From NCBI GenBank assembly GCA_020724865.1, contig DYGA01000002.1, positions 12,032-76,031 on the forward strand: DNA of 64,000 nt. The letters are read 5' to 3'. This document shows positions 37,006-47,489 of the stretch, piece by piece. Every line of letters begins with the position of its first letter. The first letter of the stretch is position 1. Source of the stretch: Candidatus Paceibacter sp. GTDB taxonomy: Bacteria > Patescibacteriota > Patescibacteriia > S139-126. The position numbers and the translations under genes were made by a program. The notes under the pieces are model-generated. The model was not told the DNA's origin. It did not search any database and saw nothing but the letters and a program-made list of their open reading frames with translations.

Positions 37006-39258
37006 TCAAGCTGATTTGCTTTTTTTGGGCTTATCTTTTGCTTGGCTGATTAATTCTAAACATTCAGCTAAGGATAATTTTTCCGGATCTTTTTCTTTGG
37101 ACAATCTGATATTGTTTTCTCCATCAGTAATATAAGGACCAAAGCGACCACGTAAGATTTTTATATTATTTTCAGGGAATTCCTTGACAGTTTTCTTTTG
37201 TTTTTTGGCAATGGCTTCAGCGATATATTGCTTAGCAGTCTTTTCATCTATAGTTAGGGGATTTTCATTTTTGATTGAAATATAATCACTGCCAATTTTT
37301 AAATAAGGACCAAAGCGTCCAAAACCGGCAAAGATTTTTTCTCCCTGTTCACTCAAGCCAACTTCTCGGGGTAGTGCCAATAAAGCCAAGGCGTCATTGA
37401 GAGAAATTTCTTCAATCATTTGTCCAGGTAATAAGGAAGCGAATTTTGGTTTTTCTTCGTCATCTTTGGTACCTAGTTGAACATAAGGTCCAAAGCGACC
37501 AACTCTAACACTGACGGGTTTTTTGGTTTTAGGATCAATTCCCAATTCTTTGACGGGCATAATATCTGTTTTAGAAATAGAATTTTCTTTTTCTTCTAAA
37601 ATTTTGGCAAATGGTTTATAAAAATCCATAATAACTGCGGGCCAATCTCGTTTACCTTCGGCAATTTCATCCAATTCATTTTCCATTTGGGCGGTAAAAT
37701 TATAATCCAAAATTTGACTGAAATGTTCAGTCAATAAATCATTGACCACAATGCCAATATTAGTTGGTTTTAATTTACGATCAATTAAATTGACGTAGTT
37801 TCTTTCAATAATAGTAGAAATTGTAGGTGCATAAGTGGAGGGGCGACCAATACCCTTTTCTTCCAAAGCTTTAACTAAACTGGCTTCAGTATAGCGGGCT
37901 GGCGGTTGAGTAAAGTGTTGTTCGGGTTTTATTTCTTGGCATTCAAGCCGATCGCCAACAGTCAAGGTGGGCAAGGTGTTTTCTTGAATTTTGTCAGGAT
38001 AAATTTTTAACCAGCCAGCAAAAGTTATTTCCGAACCATTAGCCCGCCAACTATAATTACCCGTATGAATATCAACAATATTTTGTTTTATTTTTGCTGG
38101 CGCCATTTGACTGGCGATAGCTCTTTCCCAAATCAATTCATACAGTTTGTATTGATTGATATTCAGATATTTTTTAATAGACTGCGGTTGGCGGTGGGCG
38201 CTAGTCGGTCTAATCGCCTCATGAGCCTCTTGAGCTGATTTGTTTCTAGTTTTATATCGGGTGGGATGGCTGTAGTTGGCTCCATAAGAGTCAGTTAAAT
38301 AGCTGGTTGCTTCTTGAATAAATTTTTCTGATAAGTTTAAAGAGTCAGTACGCATATAAGTAATTAGTCCAGTTTGACCGAGGTTGCCCAATTTAATGCC
38401 CTCATACAGTTGTTGTGCTATTACCATTGTTTGTTTGGCAGAAAAACCTAAGCGACTATTAGCAGCCTGTTGTAAGGTTGAGGTAGTAAAAGGCGGATAA
38501 GGGTTTTTGTTTATCTCTTTACTATCAACATTGCTCACGATAAAATTTTCTTTATTGATAGCCTCGACAATTTTTTTAGCCGCAGTTTCTGAGCCAATGG
38601 CAAATTTATCCAGTGTTTTGTTATTGATTTTTATCAGTCGGGCGGGGAAAATATTTGTTTGGTGTTTTAAATCAGCGGTTATTGTCCAATATTCTTCAGG
38701 TTTAAAATTGTTTATTTCTCTTTCTCTTTCTACAATCAATTTTACGGTTACTGATTGTACTCGACCAGCTGAAAGACCGCGGGCTACTTTTTTCCACAAA
38801 AAAGGTGAAAGCTTATAACCTACTAAACGATCAAGAATGCGCCTGGCTTGTTGGGCGTTAACTAATCGTAAGTCAATTGTCCGCGGCTCTATTAAAGCTT
38901 GCTTGATAGCATCTTCAGTTATTTCATGAAAAACAATCCTTTGAGATTTTTCCGGATCGATGCCGATGATATTAGCTAGATGCCAAGCAATTGCTTCGCC
39001 TTCTCGGTCTTCGTCAGTTGCAAAATAGATATTTTTACTGTTAGCTGTTTTCTTTTTAAGTTCGGTAACGGTTTTTTGTTTGTTACGGGGAATGACATAA
39101 GTTGGGGTAAAATTATTTTCAATATCAATGCCTAATTTACCCTTAGGTAAATCACGAATATGACCATAAGAAGATAAAACCAGATAATCTTTACCCAGGA
39201 ATTTATTTATAGTTTTGGCTTTAGTCGGTGATTCGACAATAATTACATTTTTTGACAT
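37006..39258 (-). CDS. topA: DNA topoisomerase I with C-terminal GRFGPY repeats
   Basis: IVESPTKAKTI, ATDEDREGE, SAGRVQS, ITYMRTDS; ATG at 39258. Confidence 0.96.
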   Translation of the reverse strand: MSKNVIIVESPTKAKTINKFLGKDYLVLSSYGHIRDLPKGKLGIDIENNFTPTYVIPRNKQKTVTELKKKTANSKNIYFATDEDREGEAIAWHLANIIGIDPEKSQRIVFHEITEDAIKQALIEPRTIDLRLVNAQQARRILDRLVGYKLSPFLWKKVARGLSAGRVQSVTVKLIVEREREINNFKPEEYWTITADLKHQTNIFPARLIKINNKTLDKFAIGSETAAKKIVEAINKENFIVSNVDSKEINKNPYPPFTTSTLQQAANSRLGFSAKQTMVIAQQLYEGIKLGNLGQTGLITYMRTDSLNLSEKFIQEATSYLTDSYGANYSHPTRYKTRNKSAQEAHEAIRPTSAHRQPQSIKKYLNINQYKLYELIWERAIASQMAPAKIKQNIVDIHTGNYSWRANGSEITFAGWLKIYPDKIQENTLPTLTVGDRLECQEIKPEQHFTQPPARYTEASLVKALEEKGIGRPSTYAPTISTIIERNYVNLIDRKLKPTNIGIVVNDLLTEHFSQILDYNFTAQMENELDEIAEGKRDWPAVIMDFYKPFAKILEEKENSISKTDIMPVKELGIDPKTKKPVSVRVGRFGPYVQLGTKDDEEKPKFASLLPGQMIEEISLNDALALLALPREVGLSEQGEKIFAGFGRFGPYLKIGSDYISIKNENPLTIDEKTAKQYIAEAIAKKQKKTVKEFPENNIKILRGRFGPYITDGENNIRLSKEKDPEKLSLAECLELISQAKDKPKKSKSA

Positions 39259-39311
39259 AAGTTTAACTGTTTTTGAACATAGCACAAAATAATTTTATTT
39301 GGCAAGCGCAA

Positions 39312-40394
39312 TCAGTTTTTGGCAATTTTTCCATTGGTCATTTTTCTGATTTTTTTATTTAGTTCCATAATTGAAATTTGGGTATTTACCGTGGCGGCTG
39401 GTAAACCCGTTTGTCGGATAATTTCATCAATTTCCATAGGTTCAGTGGCAAGAATTTGCCAAATTAATTTTTGTTGGGGGTCAGTCGGTTCGCTGGAGTG
39501 ATTAGTTTGAGAAATTTCTTTAAGATCAAAGATTTCAATAATGTCGTGATGATTTCTGATTAGATGGGCACCTCTTTTTATTAGTTCATTGGGTCCGGCT
39601 GAATTTGAGCTGTAAATTGAACCAGGTATAGCCATAACTTCACGATTTTGTTCTAGGGCTGCCGCGGCGGTAATCAGAGAACCTGATTCAATATCCCCCT
39701 CAATTATAAGCACACCTTGAGACAATCCAGAAATAATCCGATTGCGTCTAGGAAAATGTTGTTTCAGTGGCATAGTGCCTGGTGGATATTCAGAGATTAT
39801 TGATCCGCCATTATCTATAATTTTTTTAGCTAAGTAGCGATTGGAAGAAGGATAAAGATTAGCATCATCTAGACCATTGCCCAGCACGGCAATTGTTTTT
39901 CCTCCGACTGCCAAAGTTTCTTGATGTACTAACGCATCGACCCCCAGAGCCAGTCCGGAGACGGTAATAAAATTGTACTGACATAAAGGTGGAATTATAT
40001 CTTTTACCAGTTGTGTCCCGTAAGGAGAAATTTTTCTGGTCCCCACTATAGCTAAGGTAATTCCTTCATTAATAATTTTTCCACGATAATACAAAATTGC
40101 TGGAGGATCATATATTTCTTTCAGTAAAGGCGGATAATTTTTATCGGAAAATAAACAAACGCCAATGTGGTGGCGTTCTAGTTCCATCAGTAATTCATCA
40201 GGATCGATAGATTTTTTTTCCATAATTAAATGATCAACGGTTCGTTGGTCAAGTCCAGCGGCTAAGTATTCTTCGGGCAGAGCTTCCCAGGCAATTTTAA
40301 GATTGGTGAAATATTTTTGTAAACGTATTAATCGGGCGGGACCTATTTGGTTTATCCGGCTGAAGGCCAGCCAATATTTTAAATCATCTTCCAT
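39312..40394 (-). CDS. dprA: DNA-processing protein DprA
   Basis: AIVGTR, VSGLALGVD, FPRRNRIISGLS, SGSLIT; ATG at 40394. Confidence 0.95.
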   Translation of the reverse strand: MEDDLKYWLAFSRINQIGPARLIRLQKYFTNLKIAWEALPEEYLAAGLDQRTVDHLIMEKKSIDPDELLMELERHHIGVCLFSDKNYPPLLKEIYDPPAILYYRGKIINEGITLAIVGTRKISPYGTQLVKDIIPPLCQYNFITVSGLALGVDALVHQETLAVGGKTIAVLGNGLDDANLYPSSNRYLAKKIIDNGGSIISEYPPGTMPLKQHFPRRNRIISGLSQGVLIIEGDIESGSLITAAAALEQNREVMAIPGSIYSSNSAGPNELIKRGAHLIRNHHDIIEIFDLKEISQTNHSSEPTDPQQKLIWQILATEPMEIDEIIRQTGLPAATVNTQISIMELNKKIRKMTNGKIAKN

Positions 40395-40458
40395 ATTTAT
40401 AATATAAGCCAAATATTTTATCGGGTAAATGATAAAATTATCTATAAAATAAATTTTT

Positions 40459-43400
40459 TTATATTTTTTTGATTGTCGCAATTAATTCCTCCAGCCAATC
40501 ATTATTTACTGTAGATATTTTAATTTTTAAAGTCTGTTGATTAGTTGTCCAAGGAAAATTTAGTTTTTTTATATTATTAATTATTTCAGAGGTAATTTTT
40601 TTGTTAAAAATTATAGTTATTGTCGCTATGGATTTTTTTATGTTTAATACATTGATGGAATTGATTCCTTTTTGTTGACAAATAATTTTCAAGTGTAACA
40701 CTCGCAGAAGATTTTGGTATTCCATCGGCAGGGTTTTATTGGAAAAAAAATTTTTACTAAGCGTCAATAATTCCTCGTTGGTTTTACAGTTGCTTAGTTT
40801 TTGGTAAAAATCGAAACGTTCATCAGGTGCAGATATTAAAGATTCAGGGATATAGTAGGTGAGAGGCAATTGAATTTGTATGTCGTTTTCTTCAGGTTCA
40901 GTGTTACCGGTTTTTATTTCTTGAACCGCTTGATCTAAGAGTCTTAAATATAAATTTAATCCCACCGCTTTGATGTGGCCGTGTTGTTTTTTGCCCAATA
41001 AATTTCCAATTCCTCTTATTTCCATATCTCGTCTGGCTAATTCTAAACCGCTACCCAGTGCTTGAGCCGATTGTAGAGCTGATAGTCTTTTAGCTGCTAA
41101 ACCACTTAATTTTTGGGAGGAATAAAAAAAGTAAGCATAGGCTTGCCTGTTACCTCGGCCAATCCGACCTCTTAATTGATAAAGTTGGGCCAGGCCAAAA
41201 TTGGCAGCTTGTTCCACAATTAGCGTATTGACATTGGGTAAGTCAAGGCCGTTTTCAATAATTGTTGAACAAACCAAGATGTCAATTTTTCCTTCATCAA
41301 ATTGGTGCATGATTTGACTTAATTCTTTGCCCGGCATTTGCCCGTGAGCAAAAGCAATTTTTGCTTCTGGTACCAGTTTTGCCAACTGTTTAACTTTGCT
41401 GGCCATAGTTTCAACTTTATTGTAGAGATAATAAGTTTGCCCTTGACGGTTAAATTCTGTTTGTAAAGCATGTTTTATTTTGTTTTCATCATAAGGCTCT
41501 ATGGAACTAATAATTGGCAGTCGACCTGGCGGCGGTGTTTGAATAAGACTGACTGGTTTAATACCGGCCACTGAAAAATATAGTGTGCGGGGAATTGGAG
41601 TAGCTGACAAAGTTAACACATGACTTAGTTGGCGATGTTTTTTTAATTTTTCTTTATGAATCACACCGAATTTTTGCTCTTCATCAATTATTAAAAGTTG
41701 CAAATTTTTAAAATTTATATCATCAGATAAAATTCGATGAGTGCCAATGACAATATCAGTTCTGCCCAATTTTATATTTTCAATTATTTCCGTTTGTTTT
41801 TTCTTTTCCTGCCAACGGGTTAATAGATCTATTTGGATGCCAAATTTTTGCAAGCGATTATTGAAGGTATCAAAATGTTGTTGAGCTAAGATAGTAGTCG
41901 GACAAAGTAACGCCACTTGGCCGCCATGAAAGATAATCCGAGCAGCAGTTCGAATGGCTAATTCAGTTTTTCCAAAACCAACATCGCCACAGATTAAACG
42001 ATCCATTGGTTTGGTATTTTTTAAATCATTCACAATATCGGCCCAAGCTTTTTTTTGATCAATGGTATCTTGATAAGGAAAATCAGCTATAATAGATTTT
42101 TCTTCCGGAAAATTATTGAGTAAAGGTTCAGTGTAACCAGTTTCTCTTTGGGCTTGGGTTTGGATAATTTCTCGGGCTGAACTAAGTAAATCGGTTTTTA
42201 TCTTATTTTTTAACTGTTGCCAGCTACTACTGGAAAGTCGGTTGATAGTGGGGCGGGTGAGCCCAATATATTTTTCCAATCTATCGGCTTTTTCTACTGG
42301 AACATATAAACGGTCGCGGTCAGCATAACTAATAACAAAAAAATCTCTGGTGGTACCGTCAAAATTTTGTTTTATTATTCCGGTCATTTTCCCTACTCCG
42401 TGATCGATATGAACAACATAATCATCAATTTTGAAATTTTGTTTTAACTTATTTAGACTAGCAGTTAAAGTTTGATTGTTAGCTGGCAATTCACGTTCTG
42501 TCAGAATTGCCAATTTTAACTGTTGGCTAACTAAACTTTGGACAAGCGGTTGTTCGATGATTTTTAAGTTAGATATTTTTTGCTGAAAATAATTTTCAGT
42601 TTTATTGGTTAAGATAAAAAACCAATCAGTTTTATTTTTTAACCAGTTGTCAAGTTCATTTGGAGTATAACGAAAAGACGGCGCTTCAGTGAAGTCAGTA
42701 TCTATGCCATCTTGACTGGCCAGGTTAAGAAATAATATTTTCCAAGTAGATTGAATTGGAATTGATGATGTTTGGCTAGATAAAAATAGGGAATTGGTAG
42801 GCAAGTATTCATTAATGTCCGCTGTACCGGGAGGTAGGCTTTTCGGAACAATGTTTATATCTGTTAAATTAGCTAAATGTTTTTGTGATAAAATAGCAAA
42901 GGAAAAAATTTCTTCAATTTTGTTTTGTTTCCAGATTATGCGCACCGGGTCAGTAAAATTTATAGGAAAAATATCTATAATTTCTCCGCGCTTAGCATAC
43001 TCCCCTTTAGCAAAAACTCTAGTCTGCCGTTCATAACCTAGTTGAGCAATTTGGTTTAAAAAATTTTTTTGTAAGTAATTTTTATTTATTTTAACGTTTG
43101 TAATCAGCTCATTTTGCCAAATTGATTTATTGGGCAGATTGATCGGAAGGTTTTGTAAAGAAAAAATTATTAACTGCGGCGTAGCCGATATTAAATTGTT
43201 TAAAATTGTGCTTGCTTGAGTCGGCCAAATGTTGATTGAAATATTGGCCGGATAAATTTTTTGCCAAAACAATAAATTTTGTTGATAAGAAAGTTGCTGT
43301 TTATCATCAATAGCCATTAGTAAAACGGCTGATGGATTAATCAGAGGGGTGATAATCATTTGCCAGGTTAACCAAGTAGCAGCCGTATCATTGGGAATTT

Positions 43401-43467
43401 TACCGACACTGACAGTGGTAGTGGGCAATAGTTTTTTGATTATAGATTCAATAACTGTCATTAGCAT
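40459..43467 (-). CDS. mfd: Transcription-repair coupling factor Mfd, divergent N-terminus
   Basis: CarD-like VVHIDHGVG, CGDVGFGKTE, DEEQKFG, SATPIPRT, QLRGRIGR. Confidence 0.92.
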   Translation of the reverse strand: MLMTVIESIIKKLLPTTTVSVGKIPNDTAATWLTWQMIITPLINPSAVLLMAIDDKQQLSYQQNLLFWQKIYPANISINIWPTQASTILNNLISATPQLIIFSLQNLPINLPNKSIWQNELITNVKINKNYLQKNFLNQIAQLGYERQTRVFAKGEYAKRGEIIDIFPINFTDPVRIIWKQNKIEEIFSFAILSQKHLANLTDINIVPKSLPPGTADINEYLPTNSLFLSSQTSSIPIQSTWKILFLNLASQDGIDTDFTEAPSFRYTPNELDNWLKNKTDWFFILTNKTENYFQQKISNLKIIEQPLVQSLVSQQLKLAILTERELPANNQTLTASLNKLKQNFKIDDYVVHIDHGVGKMTGIIKQNFDGTTRDFFVISYADRDRLYVPVEKADRLEKYIGLTRPTINRLSSSSWQQLKNKIKTDLLSSAREIIQTQAQRETGYTEPLLNNFPEEKSIIADFPYQDTIDQKKAWADIVNDLKNTKPMDRLICGDVGFGKTELAIRTAARIIFHGGQVALLCPTTILAQQHFDTFNNRLQKFGIQIDLLTRWQEKKKQTEIIENIKLGRTDIVIGTHRILSDDINFKNLQLLIIDEEQKFGVIHKEKLKKHRQLSHVLTLSATPIPRTLYFSVAGIKPVSLIQTPPPGRLPIISSIEPYDENKIKHALQTEFNRQGQTYYLYNKVETMASKVKQLAKLVPEAKIAFAHGQMPGKELSQIMHQFDEGKIDILVCSTIIENGLDLPNVNTLIVEQAANFGLAQLYQLRGRIGRGNRQAYAYFFYSSQKLSGLAAKRLSALQSAQALGSGLELARRDMEIRGIGNLLGKKQHGHIKAVGLNLYLRLLDQAVQEIKTGNTEPEENDIQIQLPLTYYIPESLISAPDERFDFYQKLSNCKTNEELLTLSKNFFSNKTLPMEYQNLLRVLHLKIICQQKGINSINVLNIKKSIATITIIFNKKITSEIINNIKKLNFPWTTNQQTLKIKISTVNNDWLEELIATIKKI

Positions 43468-43505
43468 AATTACCTTAACTAAAAAAATAAAAAAAAGCAA
43501 AGTTT

Positions 43506-44210
43506 TTAAACTTTGCTTTGAGAAAAATAATATCTGATAGTATTGATTATTTCTTTTTTTAAATTAATTTTATTTTTCAGACAGACCAGTAGAGGAATTT
43601 CCGTAAAATTAATTTGTTTGAATGTCTTTATAACTGAACTAGTAGGTGGTTGAAAAAACGCCCATGGATAAGTAGCGGTTGAAGTATCGATTATTAATTT
43701 AAAACGATTTTGTTTTAAATGATCAATAAGTTCATCTTCGGTGTAATTGTTTATCAATACACCGGGATATTTATTTTTAATATTTTTTTCTTCTTGGCCG
43801 CTAAAAGTAGTTATTTGTTCAGCGTAGGACTTAAAATAGATTAAAATTTCCCCATCCTTTTTGATGGCTGCTTGTGAATTGACGGTACCATTTAGGGTTG
43901 GTAGTTCCCACTGATTGATAATAAAGGCATCAAAGCCTTCAATAATCGATTTTAAATTTTGACTGTATTTTTTTTCGGCGTAGACTATTTTTTTGGTGGG
44001 AAATAGCCTAGTTTCTTCAAGAATTTGAAAATTTTTGTAGTAGTTTTGCGAACCTAAACTGATAATTAGCCAGTCAAAGTTTTCGTTTTTTGTTCTTTGA
44101 ATCAGTTCACTTTGGCTTTTGGTTTGTTCCATATATTCCCATGGTAGTAAAGGGGAAATTTTTTTGTTGATTTTCGGTAAGTGGCAAATAATCTTTTTTT
44201 GCTTTTTCAT
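43506..44210 (-). CDS. Orphan hypothetical protein
   Basis: AGGAG SD at 44223-44219; TTGACT -35 at 44276-44271. Confidence 0.7.
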   Translation of the reverse strand: MKKQKKIICHLPKINKKISPLLPWEYMEQTKSQSELIQRTKNENFDWLIISLGSQNYYKNFQILEETRLFPTKKIVYAEKKYSQNLKSIIEGFDAFIINQWELPTLNGTVNSQAAIKKDGEILIYFKSYAEQITTFSGQEEKNIKNKYPGVLINNYTEDELIDHLKQNRFKLIIDTSTATYPWAFFQPPTSSVIKTFKQINFTEIPLLVCLKNKINLKKEIINTIRYYFSQSKV

Positions 44211-44477
44211 TTTTTATACTCCTGATTGTTAAATTGCGAATTAAAATATTTTTTCATATTATTATCAGTAAGTCAAATCATTAAATATTATTAAGTAAAT
44301 TATTATTTTTATTCAAGATAATTTATATTTTAATCTGGAATCATGATTATGATTAAACATAATGTTTAGTTTTAAATATTATTGTTTTTTTATGATGATG
44401 ACAGTGATTTTTTATTTTTTTGCCCAGTGATATAATTAGTTTAGCTGATAAATATTAAATAATTAATAAACAATTTT

Positions 44478-45245
44478 ATGGTGGAAACAAATGGTAAAAA
44501 GTGTTTATGGCGAGAGCCAAAATACATTTTAATTTTGCTGGGAATATTATTGTTAGCGGGTATAGTTATTGTGGCAATCTTACGTGATCGTATTGTAAAT
44601 CAACCAAATTGGCAGGTCAGTGTAACGGGCAGAGGAACAGTTAGCTATGAACCTGATGTGGCTATTATCACCATGGGTGTACAGGTTGATAAAGTGAATA
44701 AAGCTGACCAAGCTTTGACGCAATTAAATGAAAAAATAAATAATGTTATTAAAGCTGTCGAAGAAGTTGGAGTGACCAAAGAAAATATTAAAACCCAAAA
44801 CTATTCTTTGTATCCTCAGTATGATTGGATAAACAACGTGCAAACTCCAGGTGGTTATACTGCCAGTCAATTATTAATGGTTAAAGTAACAAATTTATCT
44901 GTCAACAAGGATTTGGTTTCCCAAGTAATTGCCGCAGCAACCAAAGCCGGGGTAAATCAAATTCAGGGTGTCAGTTTTGACAGTTCAAATATTGAAGATC
45001 TAAAACAGGAGGCCAGACTTAAGGCAATTGCTGATGCTAAAAAGAAAGCCGGTAGTATTGCTAGTAATTTAGGCGTTCGTTTAGGTAAAGTGATAGGTTG
45101 GTGGGAAAATCCGGTAACTTTACCAGGAATGCCTTATTATAATGAGATGGGCGGTTATGGTGGTGGAGGTAATTCTACTCCCAGTGTTCCCAGTGGCAAT
45201 CAGGAAATCATTATGGATGTTAGTATTAATTATGAAGTCAAATAA
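44478..45245 (+). CDS. SIMPL/DUF541 domain protein
   Basis: VSVTGRGTV...PDVA, AGVNQIQGVSF, ARLKAIADAKKKA; hairpin at 45257-45294. Confidence 0.92.
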   Translation: MVETNGKKCLWREPKYILILLGILLLAGIVIVAILRDRIVNQPNWQVSVTGRGTVSYEPDVAIITMGVQVDKVNKADQALTQLNEKINNVIKAVEEVGVTKENIKTQNYSLYPQYDWINNVQTPGGYTASQLLMVKVTNLSVNKDLVSQVIAAATKAGVNQIQGVSFDSSNIEDLKQEARLKAIADAKKKAGSIASNLGVRLGKVIGWWENPVTLPGMPYYNEMGGYGGGGNSTPSVPSGNQEIIMDVSINYEVK

Positions 45246-45297
45246 AGGTCAATTAATTTAAACTCCCTAAAATTTTATTTTTAGGGAGTTTAAAGTC

Positions 45298-45325
45298 TTG
45301 ACAAATTTTTTTTATTTGTTAAAAT
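45298..45325 (+). promoter_or_regulatory. Sigma70 promoter for the putative ncRNA
   Basis: TTGACA-16-TAAAAT with TG extension. Confidence 0.7.
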
Positions 45326-45342
45326 GTTTAAACATTAAAAAA

Positions 45343-45477
45343 TTAATACTCATTAGGTTCCTAGCACAGTGGTGAAAGCAAAAGCATCCCTCCTTGCTTT
45401 TGACGAGTAACTCTAAGTCAAGGGTTCTAGATTTTTCTAGTTACCTTTGCACTGACTAGGAGCCTAATGAGTATTAA
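45343..45477 (+). ncRNA. Putative structured non-coding RNA of unassigned family
   Basis: 22-bp closing stem with one U-G pair, internal hairpins, promoter upstream, terminator downstream, no plausible ORF. Confidence 0.7.
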
Positions 45478-45504
45478 AAATCCCGCTTAGAGGCGGGTTT
45501 TTTT
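45478..45504. terminator. Bidirectional terminator
   Basis: CCCGCTT-AG-AGGCGGG with T-run on + and A-run upstream. Confidence 0.75.
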
Positions 45505-46079
45505 TATTGATTATTAAAAAGACTTTGGGCTTTAGGTATTCCTTCATTTAGAGCTGTATCCAGAGCAGTGAAAATTTTTTCTTGGGCTTGGCGGATACTA
45601 TTTTGTTCAGCGGCAGTTGGTGGTTTTAAGACATAATTACTGATTTTACCAAAAAATTTAGGCCTACCAATCCCGATACGAAATCGCACAAAATGTTTGT
45701 CACCCAATGCATCTATTATGGAAGCTACCCCATTATGTCCGCCAGCCGAAGTATTGTATGATATTTTTATTTTTCCTGGTGTTAGATCAAGGTCATCATG
45801 AATTACCCAAATATTTTCATTAGCCAATTGATAAAATGATTTTATTTTTTCAACTGCTTGTCCAGATAGATTCATGAAGGTGAGAGGTCTAACTAATAAT
45901 ATTTTTTTATCATCCCAAGTGCCAGAGGTAATTTGTGAAGAAAATTTTTCTTGGGGAGTAAAATCAGGAAAAATATCGGCATGTTTTTTTTGCCAAGCGG
46001 CGATAACCTGCCAACCTAAGTTATGTCTAGTGAGTTCATATTTTTTTTCTGGATTGCCCAGACCAAAAATCGCAATCAT
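45504..46079 (-). CDS. pth: Peptidyl-tRNA hydrolase
   Basis: GLGNP, TRHNLG, FMNLSG, HDDLD, GGHNG. Confidence 0.96.
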   Translation of the reverse strand: MIAIFGLGNPEKKYELTRHNLGWQVIAAWQKKHADIFPDFTPQEKFSSQITSGTWDDKKILLVRPLTFMNLSGQAVEKIKSFYQLANENIWVIHDDLDLTPGKIKISYNTSAGGHNGVASIIDALGDKHFVRFRIGIGRPKFFGKISNYVLKPPTAAEQNSIRQAQEKIFTALDTALNEGIPKAQSLFNNQ

Positions 46080-46122
46080 TTTATAATTTAAAATTTATAA
46101 TTTTGTTTACTATTTTCTAGTT

Positions 46123-47487
46123 TTATTTTACTGAAGTAATAAAAAGCCGCAATGGTGTTCCCTGAAAATCAAATTCTTTGCGCAAATTATTTTCGATAAA
46201 ACGTAAATAAGAACCGTGTAATGATTTTTTATATTTGATAGTGATTTGAAAGGTCGGGGGATTAACGCCAACCTGTTTAAGATGATAAATGTAGGGGTGT
46301 CCTGCTCCTTTGCCTCGAGCCGGCGGATGTTTGCTGATTATTTTTTTTAAGAATTTTTGTAAAGCACTGTCAGAAATTTTTGTAAACCTTTTATTGTAAA
46401 TTTCAATTGCTTGGTCTAGCATCGTATGAGTGCGTTGTTTGGTAAGGGCAGAAGTAAAAATTATCGGTGCCCAGGTTAGATGAGGGAAAGTATTATAAAT
46501 ATATTTTGTATAAGTATTAATAGTAGTTTCATCCTTATCAGGCACAAGATCCCATTTATTAGCTACAATCAGAATGCTGTTGCCACTTTTGACTGCATGT
46601 TCAGTTAAGTGTCTATCTTGAAAAGTTAGAGGCTCTGATATGTCTAAAATTAACAAAGTTATATCTGAATTTGCTATTTTGTGTAAAGTTTGGTCAATAC
46701 TAAATTTTTCTAAGCGGTCACTTTTTTGCGCTTGGCGTCTGATGCCGGCTGTATCGGTTAAAATCAAATTATGCTCTTTGTATTGAACAGCAATATCTTG
46801 AGCGCCTCTGGTTGTATGAGCTTGGCTGGAAACAATTTGTTTTTCAAAACCTAAAATTGAGTTGATTAATGAGGATTTGCCCACATTAGGTTTGCCAATA
46901 ATAGCTAGACGAATAGTTGATTCTTTTTTTATATTTTGATCTTTGATATTTTTACCGGTCGGTAAAAATTCAACAATCGCATCAAGTAAATTGCCTGTCC
47001 CTATGCCATTGACTCCAGAAACTGGAAAAATTTTATCAATGCCGAGTTCTGACCAATCAAGTATAGCTGAATGCCATTTTTTGGCATTATCAAGTTTTGT
47101 TATTACCAAAAAACAAGGTCGGCCAATTTTTTTAATTATTTTAAAAACATCATAATCTTCAGCTACTAAACCAGTTTTACCATCTACTACCATTAGTATT
47201 AGTTTAGCGTTCTTGGCAGCGACTAATGTTTTTTCATAGATTTGTTTGCTAAAGACTTGTTGTTTGTCAGTACTAATACCGCCAGTGTCAATTAAGGTAA
47301 ATTTTTTACCGTTCCATTCGATATCATTTTCTTGAGAATCTCTGGTAGTTCCAGCAAGCGGTGAAATTAAAGCCGCGGGAGTTTCGGTTAAACGGTTAAA
47401 AAGAGTGGATTTGCCAACGTTAGTTCTACCCAACATAACCACTTTGGGCAGTTGTTTTTTTCTAGGTGATGAAGTTATTTTATCCAT
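46123..47487 (-). CDS. der: Ribosome biogenesis GTPase Der
   Basis: Two G domains (GRTNVGKS, GKPNVGKS) and C-terminal KH-like domain. Confidence 0.96.
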   Translation of the reverse strand: MDKITSSPRKKQLPKVVMLGRTNVGKSTLFNRLTETPAALISPLAGTTRDSQENDIEWNGKKFTLIDTGGISTDKQQVFSKQIYEKTLVAAKNAKLILMVVDGKTGLVAEDYDVFKIIKKIGRPCFLVITKLDNAKKWHSAILDWSELGIDKIFPVSGVNGIGTGNLLDAIVEFLPTGKNIKDQNIKKESTIRLAIIGKPNVGKSSLINSILGFEKQIVSSQAHTTRGAQDIAVQYKEHNLILTDTAGIRRQAQKSDRLEKFSIDQTLHKIANSDITLLILDISEPLTFQDRHLTEHAVKSGNSILIVANKWDLVPDKDETTINTYTKYIYNTFPHLTWAPIIFTSALTKQRTHTMLDQAIEIYNKRFTKISDSALQKFLKKIISKHPPARGKGAGHPYIYHLKQVGVNPPTFQITIKYKKSLHGSYLRFIENNLRKEFDFQGTPLRLFITSVK

Positions 47488-47489
47488 AT

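Noticed and set aside
45343-45477. Retron msr-msd or riboswitch interpretation of the structured RNA
   Set aside because: No reverse transcriptase nearby; no same-strand gene downstream, since a terminator and convergent pth follow.
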